A stretch of 64,000 bases of DNA from Candidatus Eiseniibacteriota bacterium (GCA_043815815.1 JBDRIO010000029.1:13650-77649), one strand, 5' to 3'; shown: positions 8,299 to 17,269, counted from the first letter of the stretch. The notes: a model not told the origin generated them from the letters alone. A program made the numbers and translations.

Positions 8299-9009
8299 TT
8301 GGAGGAAAGCAGGGTACCCAGGGAACAGGTCGCCCGGTTCTACGAACAGCATCACAGCGGCAAGAGGAAGTACGATCACATCTTCGGTGACGCCGAGCGC
8401 CGGGAGACGCTCGTCCGCCTCGTAGGCCGTGGGGGGCGAGTTCTGGACATCGGCTGTCGCTCGGGCAGCCTTACCAGGTACTACGTCGAAGGCAATGATG
8501 TCGTGGGTGTGGACGTCGACCGCGACGCCGTCAGGCTCCTCCGGGAACGCCTGGGCCTCGAGGCGCACTGGCTTGACGTCGATCACGACCCGCTGCCCTT
8601 CCCCGACGCCTCGTTCGACGTCGTCGCCTGCACCGAGGTCCTGGAGCACCTGCGCTTCCCGGCGCTCGCGCTCGCGGAGATCCGGCGTGTGCTCAAACCG
8701 GACGGACGACTCGTTGGGTCGGTGCCGAACGGGACCAGGCTCCGCAACCGGTGGCGCTTTCTCACCAGGACGCTCAACGAGGACCCGACTCACCTGCGCA
8801 TGTATTCGCCAGACACACTTCGGGATGATCTGGCGGCAGCGTTTCAGTCGGTCGACATAATGCCTGTGTCGGGACATCTCCTCGGAGGTGGCAAGCACGG
8901 GGTCCCCATCTTCCACTGGCTGCCGAGTGGATTCAGGCGCCTGATGTGTGAGAATCTGATGTTCGTCTGCCGGGGTTCGGAGTCATCCGGGATGGCCGGG
9001 TCCGCGTAG
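8299..9009 (+). CDS. Class I SAM-dependent methyltransferase (Methyltransf_11-like)
   Basis: VLDIGCRSGSLTRYY...VVGVDVDRDAV...FDVVACTEVLEHLRFP...LKPDGRLV. The ORF track opens at 8191 (TTG). An RBS-preceded TTG at ~8299 (agggggaccgaagTTG) is the likelier start. Confidence 0.75.
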   Translation: MEESRVPREQVARFYEQHHSGKRKYDHIFGDAERRETLVRLVGRGGRVLDIGCRSGSLTRYYVEGNDVVGVDVDRDAVRLLRERLGLEAHWLDVDHDPLPFPDASFDVVACTEVLEHLRFPALALAEIRRVLKPDGRLVGSVPNGTRLRNRWRFLTRTLNEDPTHLRMYSPDTLRDDLAAAFQSVDIMPVSGHLLGGGKHGVPIFHWLPSGFRRLMCENLMFVCRGSESSGMAGSA

Positions 9010-9077
9010 CGTCCGTCGGGATGGCCGGGTCCGCGCAGCGACCGTTGGGATAGCCGGGGTCCGCGTAGCGTCCGTCC
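8989..9077. repeat. 29-bp tandem repeat x3 straddling the methyltransferase stop codon
   Basis: Units gggatggccgggtccgcgtagcgtccgtc / gggatggccgggtccgcgcagcgaccgtt / gggatagccggggtccgcgtagcgtccgtcc. The TAG stop at 9007-9009 lies in unit 1. Confidence 0.7.
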
Positions 9078-9092
9078 CGGGCCCGCCAAGAG

Positions 9093-9130
9093 AAGGCCCG
9101 GTCCGAGTGGACCGGGCCTTCTCTCTTCTG
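9093..9130. terminator. Bidirectional Rho-independent terminator between the methyltransferase (+) and the OmpA-family gene (-)
   Basis: Perfect hairpin GAAGGCCCGGTCC-gagt-GGACCGGGCCTTC with T-rich tails on both strands (TCTCTTCTG on the plus strand). Confidence 0.7.
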
Positions 9131-9210
9131 ATACTCCCACCGCATCGGGACGCGGAGAGACTCGCTCGCGTCAGGGGTCTCCTCGACGCGTTGCACCGTC
9201 CGTCCCCTCG

Positions 9211-10713
9211 CTAGGGTACCATCGACTCCAGGTCGGGCGTTATGACGACGTCGATGCGCCGGTTGCGGGCGCGTCCCTCTCTGGTTTCGTTGTTCGCGAT
9301 CGGCTGCGTCTCGCCCCGGCCGACGGCCGATACGCGCGCCCTGTCGATGCGCATGTTGGCGATCAGGTACTCGCGCACGGCGTCCGCACGCGACTGCGAG
9401 AGCTCCATGTTCATCTCGTCGGTCCCGTGCGAGTCCGTGTGGCCCTCGACCTGGATGTGAGAACCGGGGAAGAGGTTGATGGCATCCTGGACCTTCGTCA
9501 GGAGCGAGAAGTACTCGGGCTGGATGACGGCCTTGCCGACGTCGAACTGAAGCCCCACGACGCGAACGATGACGTCGTCGTCCTCGCGCATCACGCGTGC
9601 TTCCTCGCGTCCGAACATCTTCTGAATGCTGTCGAACCGCTCCCGGATCTCCGCCTCAGCCTCCAGCCGTCGCTGGAGCGCGACGTGCTCCTCGGACGCC
9701 CCTCCAAGCTCGCCCTCGAGGGCTGCGATCTGCGCTTCAAGCTCGTCCAGGGCGCGGCCTCTGTCTGCCAGGTCCTGAGCCAGCGTCTCGTTCTCCATCT
9801 GGAGCGACTCGATGAACTGGACGATCTGCCGAGCGGTCTCGTCCTGGCCTCTGTCGAACCTCGGGACGAGGTCGACCGCGTCGGCGATCGAAGCGAGCGG
9901 CCGCTCCGATTCCAGTACGAGGTGCTCGATCGTCAGCTCGTCGTCGTTGATCATCCGGGCGAGGTCGGCGATGTAGAACGCGTGGTTGGCCTCGTACTTC
10001 GCCTCTCCCGCCAGCGTGCGAGGAAGGTCGGTGTCGTAGCGGTCTCTCTCGAGCGCGGCCTCGGCCTCCTCGAGCAGCTCCCGCGACCTCTCGAGCGTGT
10101 CAGGGGCGTAGCGGGTGATGAACTTCTTCTTCGCGCTCTTGAGAAGCTCCTGCGTCTCGTCGAAGAAGTTGGTCTTGATGGCCTCGAGTTCCGCCTCGCG
10201 GAAGAGCGCCGTCGCCTCGCCACCCCGGCTGCGTGCCTTGTCGACGTTGCCGTCCTCGAGCGCCCGCGCGGCTTGTCCGAATTTCTCGTCAGCCTGTTTC
10301 CAGAGGCGCGGCGCGTAGCGGGCGGCGTCCGCACCCTCCGCGTCGTCCCTCGCGCTCAGCGGGGAGGCGAGCGCCATGCCGGCCAGCTCCGTGACCTCCA
10401 GTGCCTTCTCGAGATGCTCGATGGCCTTCTCGAGGTCGCGGCGAATGCTCTCGAGACTGCGCTCGTTGTCGAGCTTGGTCTCGGCGCGCTCGTGGAGTCT
10501 CTTCGCCTCCGCGAAGTTCGTGGGAGCGAGGACCTCGGCTCTCGCCTCGGTCGCGGCCGCCATGAGGCGGTCGACCTTCTGGAAGAGGTCGGAGCGGAGC
10601 CCCTGGCCGTGGAGAGGCGCGGCCGAAGCGAGGGTCAGAACTGCAAGTACTGCGAGCATTGCCGGTCTGAGGCCCATGGTGGGCGCGGTCCCGGCGGATC
10701 GGATCGAGAACAT
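9211..10713 (-). CDS. OmpA/MotB-family protein with long N-terminal coiled-coil region
   Basis: C-terminal OmpA domain VVGLQFDVGKAVIQPEYFSLLTKVQDAINLFPGSHIQVEGHTDSHG...SQSRADAVREYL...RRIDVVI. Signal peptide MFSIRSAGTAPTMGLRPAMLAVLAVLTLASA. AGGAGG RBS 9 nt upstream of the internal ATG at ~10713; the ORF track starts at 10806. Confidence 0.8.
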   Translation of the reverse strand: MFSIRSAGTAPTMGLRPAMLAVLAVLTLASAAPLHGQGLRSDLFQKVDRLMAAATEARAEVLAPTNFAEAKRLHERAETKLDNERSLESIRRDLEKAIEHLEKALEVTELAGMALASPLSARDDAEGADAARYAPRLWKQADEKFGQAARALEDGNVDKARSRGGEATALFREAELEAIKTNFFDETQELLKSAKKKFITRYAPDTLERSRELLEEAEAALERDRYDTDLPRTLAGEAKYEANHAFYIADLARMINDDELTIEHLVLESERPLASIADAVDLVPRFDRGQDETARQIVQFIESLQMENETLAQDLADRGRALDELEAQIAALEGELGGASEEHVALQRRLEAEAEIRERFDSIQKMFGREEARVMREDDDVIVRVVGLQFDVGKAVIQPEYFSLLTKVQDAINLFPGSHIQVEGHTDSHGTDEMNMELSQSRADAVREYLIANMRIDRARVSAVGRGETQPIANNETREGRARNRRIDVVITPDLESMVP

Positions 10714-10923
10714 GGTGCTACCTCCTGCGTGAGAGCTGCTGACAGGCTCTGATCGTGCCAGTGCATTCTGGGTGTGGGAGAGCCTCCGCGCAAGGGGAAT
10801 CCGCAAGTGGCTCCCGCACGGAGCGTCGGTCGTTGAGCGATGCGGCCGCGAGTGCTAGATTGGCCTGTGGAGTGTACGTTCTTCCGAGCGATTCACTGTG
10901 GTCCGGGATCCAGAGGGGCCCTG

Positions 10924-12284
10924 ACGTGCGACGATTCCCGACAGCAGTTCTCCTCGCAGCGGTCATGGCGTTGGCGCCCGTGTCGCTCGACGGCTGCGCA
11001 TCGCGGGCTCCCGTCGGCCAGGACAGAGGCGCGTCGGTCGTCGAGCTGACGCCCGACGGGGCGTGGAGCTGGTTCTCGGAACCGCGGGCGTTCTGTGTGG
11101 GGGAGACGCTCGTCGCGGGGTGGGTGACGAGCGCGGGTCGGCTGCAGGCCGGCACGTGCGACCTCGGCACGCACCGCGTCTCGGTCTTCGACGTCGTCCC
11201 GGAGTTCGACGGCGACGACCACTCGCACCCGGTGCTCGTCAGGACGAGCGACGGGCGGTACTCGGCCTTCTACTCGATACACGCCGGGGCAAGCACGTAT
11301 CTCAAGTATCGCGTGACCGCGAGGCCCTTCGACCTGAGCTCGTGGTACGGCGAGCGGGAGATCGCGACGAACACTCCTGGGTTCGGCGGGGCGACGTACC
11401 CGAACCCGGTGCCGCTCTCGGGCGCCGTCGACACGCTGCTCGTCTTCTGGCGCGGGGGCAACTGGAATCCGACGTGCGTGAGGGTCAGCTACGATCCCCT
11501 GTGGACCGACTGGCAGTTCGGCGATGCCGAAGCGCTCGTCCTCCGTCCCTCCGAGAGACCCTACGCGAAGTACGCCGTCGACGGCACCGGCCGGGTCGGC
11601 ATCGCGTTCACCGACGGACACCCGAGGGAGACGAAGAACAACCTGTACTTCATCGCGGCCGATCCGCGTGACGTCTCGGGCACGTCTCTCCGGGGGGCGG
11701 ACGGGCGTAAGCTGGGGTCGCCGGCCGACCTGCCGCTCACGGCGGCCGACGCGGACCTCGTGTTCGACAGGACCAGCGCGACCGAAGAGACGGGCGACAA
11801 CTGCTGGATCTGGGACGTGGCCTTCGACGCGTCGGACAACGCCGTCGTGGCATACTCCACGTTCGTGTCCCGGGGCGAGCACCAGTACCACGTGGCGAGG
11901 CACGACGGCGTTCGATGGGAGGACCAGCTGCTCGTCGGTGCGGCCGGCGGCTCCATCGCCGACACGACGAGGGGGTACCACGAGTACTACTACTCGGGAG
12001 GCATGGCGCTCGACCCGGCGGATCCGGGGACGGTCTACATGTCGCTCCCCAATGCCGCCGGCGGCTGGGACATCGCCCAGTGGAAGACCGCGGACGGAGG
12101 AAGGTCGTGGGCCGCGACCGCGGTCACGAGCGGCGCCACCGAGAAGAACGTGCGCCCCGTCGTCCCTCGCGACCACCCGCCCGGGCTCGACATCGTCCTG
12201 TGGATGAGCGGGCGGTACGAGCACTACACGGACTACGAGACGGCCGTGAGGCTCTGGATGCGGCCCTCCTCAGGGACCCGGTGA
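10924..12284 (+). CDS. BNR-repeat (BNR_4-like) lipoprotein, sialidase/glycosidase-like beta-propeller
   Basis: Lipoprotein signal VRRFPTAVLLAAVMALAPVSLDGCAS, with start GTG at ~10924 (ORF track 10755). Body matches BNR_4-family proteins: YSAFYSIHAGAS...WNPTCVRVSYDP...NNLYFIAADP. Confidence 0.6.
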
Positions 12285-12474
12285 CGGGCGGGGCACCATG
12301 GGCGCCTGCGCCGACGCTGCGGGCTGCGGGCCCTGCTACTCGACCGTGAGCCACACGTCCCGGGGAGCCATCAAAGCCCTGTACAGCAGGCATTTCTGAG
12401 CGGCCGCCCGAGCTGTTCTCGGCCGCCCCGAGCCCTCCGGGAGCTGCGCGGCCGGCCATGCGCTGCGATTAGGT

Positions 12475-12781
12475 TTGACTCAGCGGCACCGGGCGGTTAT
12501 GATATTACCCAGCAGAGGCGACCACGTCGGTATGGTGACATATCCGAAGACTCCTTAAGAGGGACCTGGCGCACACGCCGGGCCCTTTTTGTATGTCTGA
12601 GGGCGCCATGAGGCGCCCGAGAGTGTGAAGCGGTACAGACGATCGGTGGTGGCGTCACCTGTGGGGACCGTTTGTCCCCGTTATTGAGGAAGTCGGCGGT
12701 CCGGATGGTCCGGCCCCGACAGGACCGTCGTCGGAGTGAGGGGTTCGCCCTGTCCGATGACAACACGAGAGGTAGTACACA
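12475..12781 (+). promoter_or_regulatory. cspA-2 promoter (TTGACT-17-TATGAT) plus conserved ~270-nt leader with attenuator-like hairpin (12561-12591)
   Basis: Same architecture and conserved box (GCGACCACGTCGGTATGGTGACATATCCGAAGACTCCTTAAGAGGGACCTGGCGC...CCCTTTTTG) as the cspA-1 and cspA-3 leaders. Confidence 0.6.
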
Positions 12782-12991
12782 GTGAGCACGACCGGAACAG
12801 TGAAGTGGTTCAACGACACCAAGGGCTTCGGATTCATCTCCCTTGAGGACGGGTCGAAGGACGTCTTCGTCCACCATTCGGCGATCCAGAGTGCCGACGA
12901 GTTCAAGACGCTGAACGAAGGCGATCGCGTGCAGTTCGACGTCGTCCAGGGCGAGAAGGGCCCGGCGGCGGAGAACGTCACGAAGATCTAA
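12782..12991 (+). CDS. cspA: Cold-shock protein (CspA family)
   Basis: 69 aa; [62 protein letters not shown]. Confidence 0.95.
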   Translation: MSTTGTVKWFNDTKGFGFISLEDGSKDVFVHHSAIQSADEFKTLNEGDRVQFDVVQGEKGPAAENVTKI

Positions 12992-13040
12992 CTCGAAAGC
13001 GAGACTGCGGCCGCCAGGCCGCTGATCGACGTAACTCAGA

Positions 13041-13078
13041 AGCGCCGCCCCACACACGTGGGGCGGCGCTTTCTTGTG
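13041..13078 (+). terminator. Rho-independent terminator after cspA-2
   Basis: Perfect 13-bp stem AGCGCCGCCCCAC-acac-GTGGGGCGGCGCT followed by TTCTTGT. Confidence 0.7.
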
Positions 13079-13124
13079 GGGCGTGTCAGTTGTGGAGTCG
13101 CTTAGTTCTGGCTGGTCGGGGATC

Positions 13125-13208
13125 GCGGCCCGCTACCGGCGACTCAGAAGTTGCGGCCGGCAGCCGGTGACTCAGGGGATGTGGCCCGCTACCGGCGACT
13201 CAGAGTAT
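13125..13208. repeat. 28-bp tandem repeat x3 straddling the stop codon of sulfatase-like gene 1
   Basis: Units gcggcccgctaccggcgactcagaagtt / gcggccggcagccggtgactcaggggat / gtggcccgctaccggcgactcagagtat. The minus-strand stop (TCA on plus, 13200-13202) lies in unit 3. Confidence 0.65.
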
Positions 13209-14606
13209 GTAACCCAGGGCCCGCAGCCACTCCTCCATCCGCTCGTCGACCTCGGGGTTCGACTCGTCCCGCTCCGTCACGAGCGGGAGATGTCGCATCA
13301 GGCTCTCCACCGTCTCGGGGGCGGTGGAGGCCACGTCGTTGCTCTGGCCGGGGTCTGCGGCCACGTCGTGCAGGACGACGCTCCCGTCGCTTCCCACCGT
13401 CAGCCTCATGCTGCCCACACGCACGGTCCCGTAGGCCGGCCTCAAGAGACCCAGGTCGAGCGCGGGGTTCAGTCCCGCCATGTACTCGATGAGTGGCGTG
13501 TAGGCGCCCGCGTACTCGGCGATGAGGGGCCGGTCCGCGGGGGCAGCGTCCCCCAGGAGCGAACGGCTGTGTGTGGGCGTCTCTTCGACGGTCGCGTCGG
13601 CAAGCTCCGCCACCGTCGCGAAGAGGTCGGTGAGCATCACGGGATCCTCACGCTCGCCGGGGGACAGGCGACCGGGCGCCCTGATGACGAGCGGCACGGC
13701 CAGGAGCGTCTCGAACACCCCGAACTGGTGGTCGATCAACCCGTGGTCGCCCAGGTTCTCACCGTGGTCGGAGGTGACGATGACCACGGTGTCGTCGGCG
13801 AGTCCTCGTGCGTCGAGCAGCGCCAGGATGCGCCCGAGCAGCTCGTCGGACGTGGCAACGTCCCCGGAGTACAGATAGCTCACGCGTTCCCAGTCGACAT
13901 CGTCACTCGGATGCAGCCTCGCGTTGAACTCGTGCGCCCAGAGCGACGTGATCGCGTCGTCCCGAGGGAGGTCCGACGGATGGGACTCCCGGTACTCGGG
14001 CGGGGGCGCGTACGGGAGATGCGCCTCCAGCAGGTTCACGAACGCGAGGAAGGGTCTCCCGCCGTCCCGCTCCGAGAGCCACCGCGAGAGGTTCTCAACC
14101 GTACCGGGGCCGCCCTGCTCACGCCACGTCAGGATGTCGAGGAGTTCCAGGTCCTGGGGCCCGGAGACGCTCTGGAGTTCGAACCCCCGGAGCATGCCCG
14201 TGACCCAGTCCGTGAGCCACGGGTTGCTGTAGAACGCCGCGGTCTCGTATCCCGCATCCGCCAGGACCTCGGCCATCGTCACGGGGTCCGGGCTGAACTT
14301 GTGGTTCTTGCTCGTGCAGCCGTGCTCGGAGGGGAGGAGACCGGTGAACATCGACACGTGGGACGGCGTGGTCCAGGGCGCGGTGGCCCACGCGTGCGTG
14401 AAGTTCGTTCCCTGTCGCGCGAGTCCGTCGAGGTTCGGCGTGACGCCCGGTCGCTTCGCGCCCGCGCCGGTGTAGTCGTCTCTCACCGTGTCGAGCACGA
14501 CGATGACGATGTTCGGAGGAGGCTTGCGCGAGCAGCCGACGGCCACCGCGAGGACGGCCGCTGCGATGAGCGCCATGAGACACGCGATCCTGAGGTGTCT
14601 GTTCAT
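13200..14606 (-). CDS. Sulfatase-like hydrolase/transferase (alkaline-phosphatase superfamily) lipoprotein
   Basis: Lipobox AVGCS. N-terminal metal-binding block NIVIVVLDTVRDDY; the nucleophile region reads TAPWTTPSHVSMFTG (Thr, not the C/S-x-P-x-R formylglycine motif); SDHGENLGDHG near the C-terminus. Confidence 0.85.
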   Translation of the reverse strand: MNRHLRIACLMALIAAAVLAVAVGCSRKPPPNIVIVVLDTVRDDYTGAGAKRPGVTPNLDGLARQGTNFTHAWATAPWTTPSHVSMFTGLLPSEHGCTSKNHKFSPDPVTMAEVLADAGYETAAFYSNPWLTDWVTGMLRGFELQSVSGPQDLELLDILTWREQGGPGTVENLSRWLSERDGGRPFLAFVNLLEAHLPYAPPPEYRESHPSDLPRDDAITSLWAHEFNARLHPSDDVDWERVSYLYSGDVATSDELLGRILALLDARGLADDTVVIVTSDHGENLGDHGLIDHQFGVFETLLAVPLVIRAPGRLSPGEREDPVMLTDLFATVAELADATVEETPTHSRSLLGDAAPADRPLIAEYAGAYTPLIEYMAGLNPALDLGLLRPAYGTVRVGSMRLTVGSDGSVVLHDVAADPGQSNDVASTAPETVESLMRHLPLVTERDESNPEVDERMEEWLRALGYIL

Positions 14607-14634
14607 GTCGATGAGTATACAGGGGAGGGTCTGT

Positions 14635-14712
14635 TCACGCTACATGACGTACCCGAGCACCCGCGGCCACTCACGCTACATGACGTACCCGAGCGCCCGG
14701 AGCCACTCACGC
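14635..14712. repeat. 36-bp tandem repeat (two full units plus a partial) straddling the stop codon of sulfatase-like gene 2
   Basis: tcacgctacatgacgtacccgagcacccgcggccac / tcacgctacatgacgtacccgagcgcccggagccac / tcacgc... Unit length is a multiple of 3 and each copy carries an in-frame CTA (TAG) stop. Confidence 0.7.
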
Positions 14713-16088
14713 ATGCGCTCGTCGATCTCGGGAGCCTGACCGCTGCGGTTGGAGAGCATGGGGATGTGCTCCAGGAGGGCCTCGACGTCGTCGGGCCTGT
14801 CCGCGGCGACGTTCGTCATCTGCGTCGGGTCCGACGACAGGTCGTGCAGCGCGACGCTTCCATCGCTTCCCACGGTGAGTCTCAGGTTCCCCACGCGCAC
14901 GGTCCCGTACGCGGGCGTGAGCGGCCCTACGTCGAGCGCGGGGTTCAGGCCTGCGAGCGTTTCCAGGAGCGGTTCGTTGGCGCCTCCGTACTCGGCGATG
15001 AGCGGTCTGTCGGCAGGACCGGGTTGCCACAGGAGCGAGCGGCTGTGTTCGGGCGCGCCCTCGAGGTCGACGTGCGCCAGCTCGAGCGTCGTCGCGAAGA
15101 TGTCCGTGAGCATGACGGGGTCGCTGCGCTCGCCCGGCTCGAGCCTCCCCGGCGCCCGCACGACGAGAGGGACGGCGAGGAGCGTCTCGAAGACCCCGAA
15201 CTGGTGGTCGACGAACCCGTGGTCGCCAAGGTTCTCCCCGTGGTCCGACGTCACGATGACGACGGTGTCATCGGTGAACCCCTGCTCCTCCAGGAGTTCG
15301 AGGAGCCAACCGAGGAGCCGGTCGGACGTCGCCACGTCCCCCGCGTACAGGTACTCCACGCGCTCCCAGTCGACCTCTCCGGGCGCGTGCAGGCCCGCGT
15401 TGAACTCCTGCGCCCATCGCGCGGTCACGACGTCGTCCGGCGGGAGTTCGGCCGGATGCGACGCCCGGTAATCGGGTGGCGGGGCGTAAGGCAGATGCGC
15501 CTCCAGCAGGTTCACGAAGAGCAGGAACGGCCGCCCTTCGTCCCTGCGCGACAGCCACTCCGAGACGTTCCGCACCGTCTCCGGCCCGCCCTGAGCGCGC
15601 GTGCTCAGGAGGCCTACCTGTCGCGCATCGTTCGGGCCGGCGATCACCTGTGTCTCGAAGCCGCGCATCATGCCCGTCATCTGGTCTGTGAGCCACGGGT
15701 TGCTGTAGAAGGCGGCGGTCTCGTATCCCACGGACCCGAGTATCTCGGCCGCCGTCGGTATCCCGTCGGCGAACCGTGGGTTCCTGCCGGTGCACCCGTG
15801 CTCCGAGGGCAGGAGCCCGGTGAAGATGGAGACGTGGGAGGGCGGCGTCCACGGGGCCGTGGCCCACGCGTGCGTGAACGTCGTGCCCTTGAGGGCGAGG
15901 GCGTCGAGGTTGGGTGTCACGGAGGCCCCTGTCCCTCGCTCTCCGGCGTAGTCGTCGCGCACCGTGTCGAGGACGACGATCACGACGTTCGGAGGCCGCT
16001 CCGGCGCGCGTGCGCACCCGGCAACGAGGGCCAGCGCCGCGAGGCACGCAAGAACGGTCGACCGTGTGTGATCTCTGAGTCCGCGCAT
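14676..16088 (-). CDS. Sulfatase-like hydrolase/transferase lipoprotein (tandem paralog of 13200-14606)
   Basis: About 60% identical to the neighbour over its full length; same NVVIVVLDTVRDDY / TAPWTPPSHVSIFTG / SDHGENLGDHG blocks; lipobox LVAGCA. Confidence 0.85.
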   Translation of the reverse strand: MRGLRDHTRSTVLACLAALALVAGCARAPERPPNVVIVVLDTVRDDYAGERGTGASVTPNLDALALKGTTFTHAWATAPWTPPSHVSIFTGLLPSEHGCTGRNPRFADGIPTAAEILGSVGYETAAFYSNPWLTDQMTGMMRGFETQVIAGPNDARQVGLLSTRAQGGPETVRNVSEWLSRRDEGRPFLLFVNLLEAHLPYAPPPDYRASHPAELPPDDVVTARWAQEFNAGLHAPGEVDWERVEYLYAGDVATSDRLLGWLLELLEEQGFTDDTVVIVTSDHGENLGDHGFVDHQFGVFETLLAVPLVVRAPGRLEPGERSDPVMLTDIFATTLELAHVDLEGAPEHSRSLLWQPGPADRPLIAEYGGANEPLLETLAGLNPALDVGPLTPAYGTVRVGNLRLTVGSDGSVALHDLSSDPTQMTNVAADRPDDVEALLEHIPMLSNRSGQAPEIDERMREWLRALGYVM

Positions 16089-16208
16089 GGCATGAGTCTA
16101 CATCGCCGCGCGTGGCCGTGGCTACCGGCGCGAGGCAGGGCCGAGCGGAATGCCGTCCTCTCGCGAAACTGAATTGCCGTTCAACGCCAGGCGCGAGTGT
16201 CGCTCGCC

Positions 16209-16305
16209 GAGAACGACGCCTGCCACGAACGACGCTTGACGAGAACGACGATTGACGCGAACGACACTTGTCGCGGACGACGCTTGACGAGGATGGCGCG
16301 AATGG
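16209..16305. repeat. Array of five to six imperfect ~16-bp direct repeats (consensus GaGAACGACGcTTGAC) in the sulfatase/lipoprotein divergent intergenic region
   Basis: gagaacgacgcctgccac / gaacgacgcttgac / gagaacgacgattgac / gcgaacgacacttgtc / gcggacgacgcttgac / gaggatggcgcgaatgg. Confidence 0.6.
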
Positions 16306-16404
16306 TGTGGCCGCAGGGTCGCGCCAGGTGTTACGATGCTCACAATTGGCAATGGTCGCTCAGGGCGCGACGCCCGGCATCGGGGTCGCAACAAGGGGTA
16401 TGCG

Positions 16405-17088
16405 ATGAGGAAGATCATTCTGCTGGCGACGATCATCGTGTTCGCGCTCGTCGTGGCGGGCTGCCCTCAGGCTGAGAAGCCTCCGGAGAAGCCGAAGTCG
16501 GTCATACCCAGGGGCAAGGTCCTCGTGAGCGAGGAACTGCTGAGGTCGTTCTCGGACCAGCCGGGGACGCACATGAAGCTCGCGCGGGACGCCGCCCGCA
16601 GGGGTGACAAGAAGACATCGGCGCAAGAGGCGAGTCTCGCGGCCAGCTTCATGAAGCTCGAACGCATTCGAGCCAAGGGCCCCGGCAAGGCCGCTCTCAA
16701 GGTGGCGATCGATGAGATGATGGCGCTGGCGCGGGACCTCGAGCAGAACACGGCCGCGAGCAACGCAAGTCCGAGTCCCATACTCGCCCGCGCGCACCAC
16801 GCTCTCGCCGTGCATCACTATCACGTGGCCGCAGCGGCGTGGAAGGCCAAGGCCCCGAAGAGGGCCGGCCACGACCTGGCGGCAGCCGCGGGAGATGCCG
16901 AGGCGATCTTCAAGTGGATCAGGCGGGCGGCCACGACCGACGAGAAGGCCGCCGTGGCGGCGGCCAGGGACCTGGCCTCGAAGATAACCGCCGGCACGCC
17001 GCTGGCGGCGGACGAGGCGGCGACGGGGCTCGCCGCTCTCAAGGCCCACATCGACGCCCTTGCCGCCGACGTGGCACCCGCTCCGTAG
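16405..17088 (+). CDS. Hypothetical lipoprotein (Ala/Lys-rich, helical)
   Basis: MRKIILLATIIVFALVVAGC lipoprotein signal. No recognisable domain. The ORF track starts at 16336. Confidence 0.5.
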   Translation: MRKIILLATIIVFALVVAGCPQAEKPPEKPKSVIPRGKVLVSEELLRSFSDQPGTHMKLARDAARRGDKKTSAQEASLAASFMKLERIRAKGPGKAALKVAIDEMMALARDLEQNTAASNASPSPILARAHHALAVHHYHVAAAAWKAKAPKRAGHDLAAAAGDAEAIFKWIRRAATTDEKAAVAAARDLASKITAGTPLAADEAATGLAALKAHIDALAADVAPAP

Positions 17089-17194
17089 GTCGACCGGGCC
17101 CGGCGGCATCGAGTCCGGCCGCGGGTTCGCCCGGCTCAGCAGCATCAGGCGCGCTCCGCAGGTTCACGGCGCGGAGCCGCGTCGAGCGCAGACA

Positions 17195-17245
17195 GAAGAA
17201 GAGGGCGCAGGATGAGCGATGGCTCCCTGCGCCCTCGGTCTTTGG
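17195..17245. terminator. Bidirectional terminator between the convergent lipoprotein and M1 peptidase genes
   Basis: 11-bp perfect stem GAGGGCGCAGG...CCTGCGCCCTC with T-rich flanks on both strands. Confidence 0.55.
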
Positions 17246-17269
17246 CGTTCGCTTCTGTCGGCCGGGTCT

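Noticed and set aside
16209-16305. CRISPR array (also considered for the other tandem repeats at 8989, 13125, 14635, 46309, 62247)
   Set aside because: Units are 16-36 bp, directly abutting or near-abutting, with no unique spacers of uniform length, and no cas genes are nearby. Several lie inside coding sequence.
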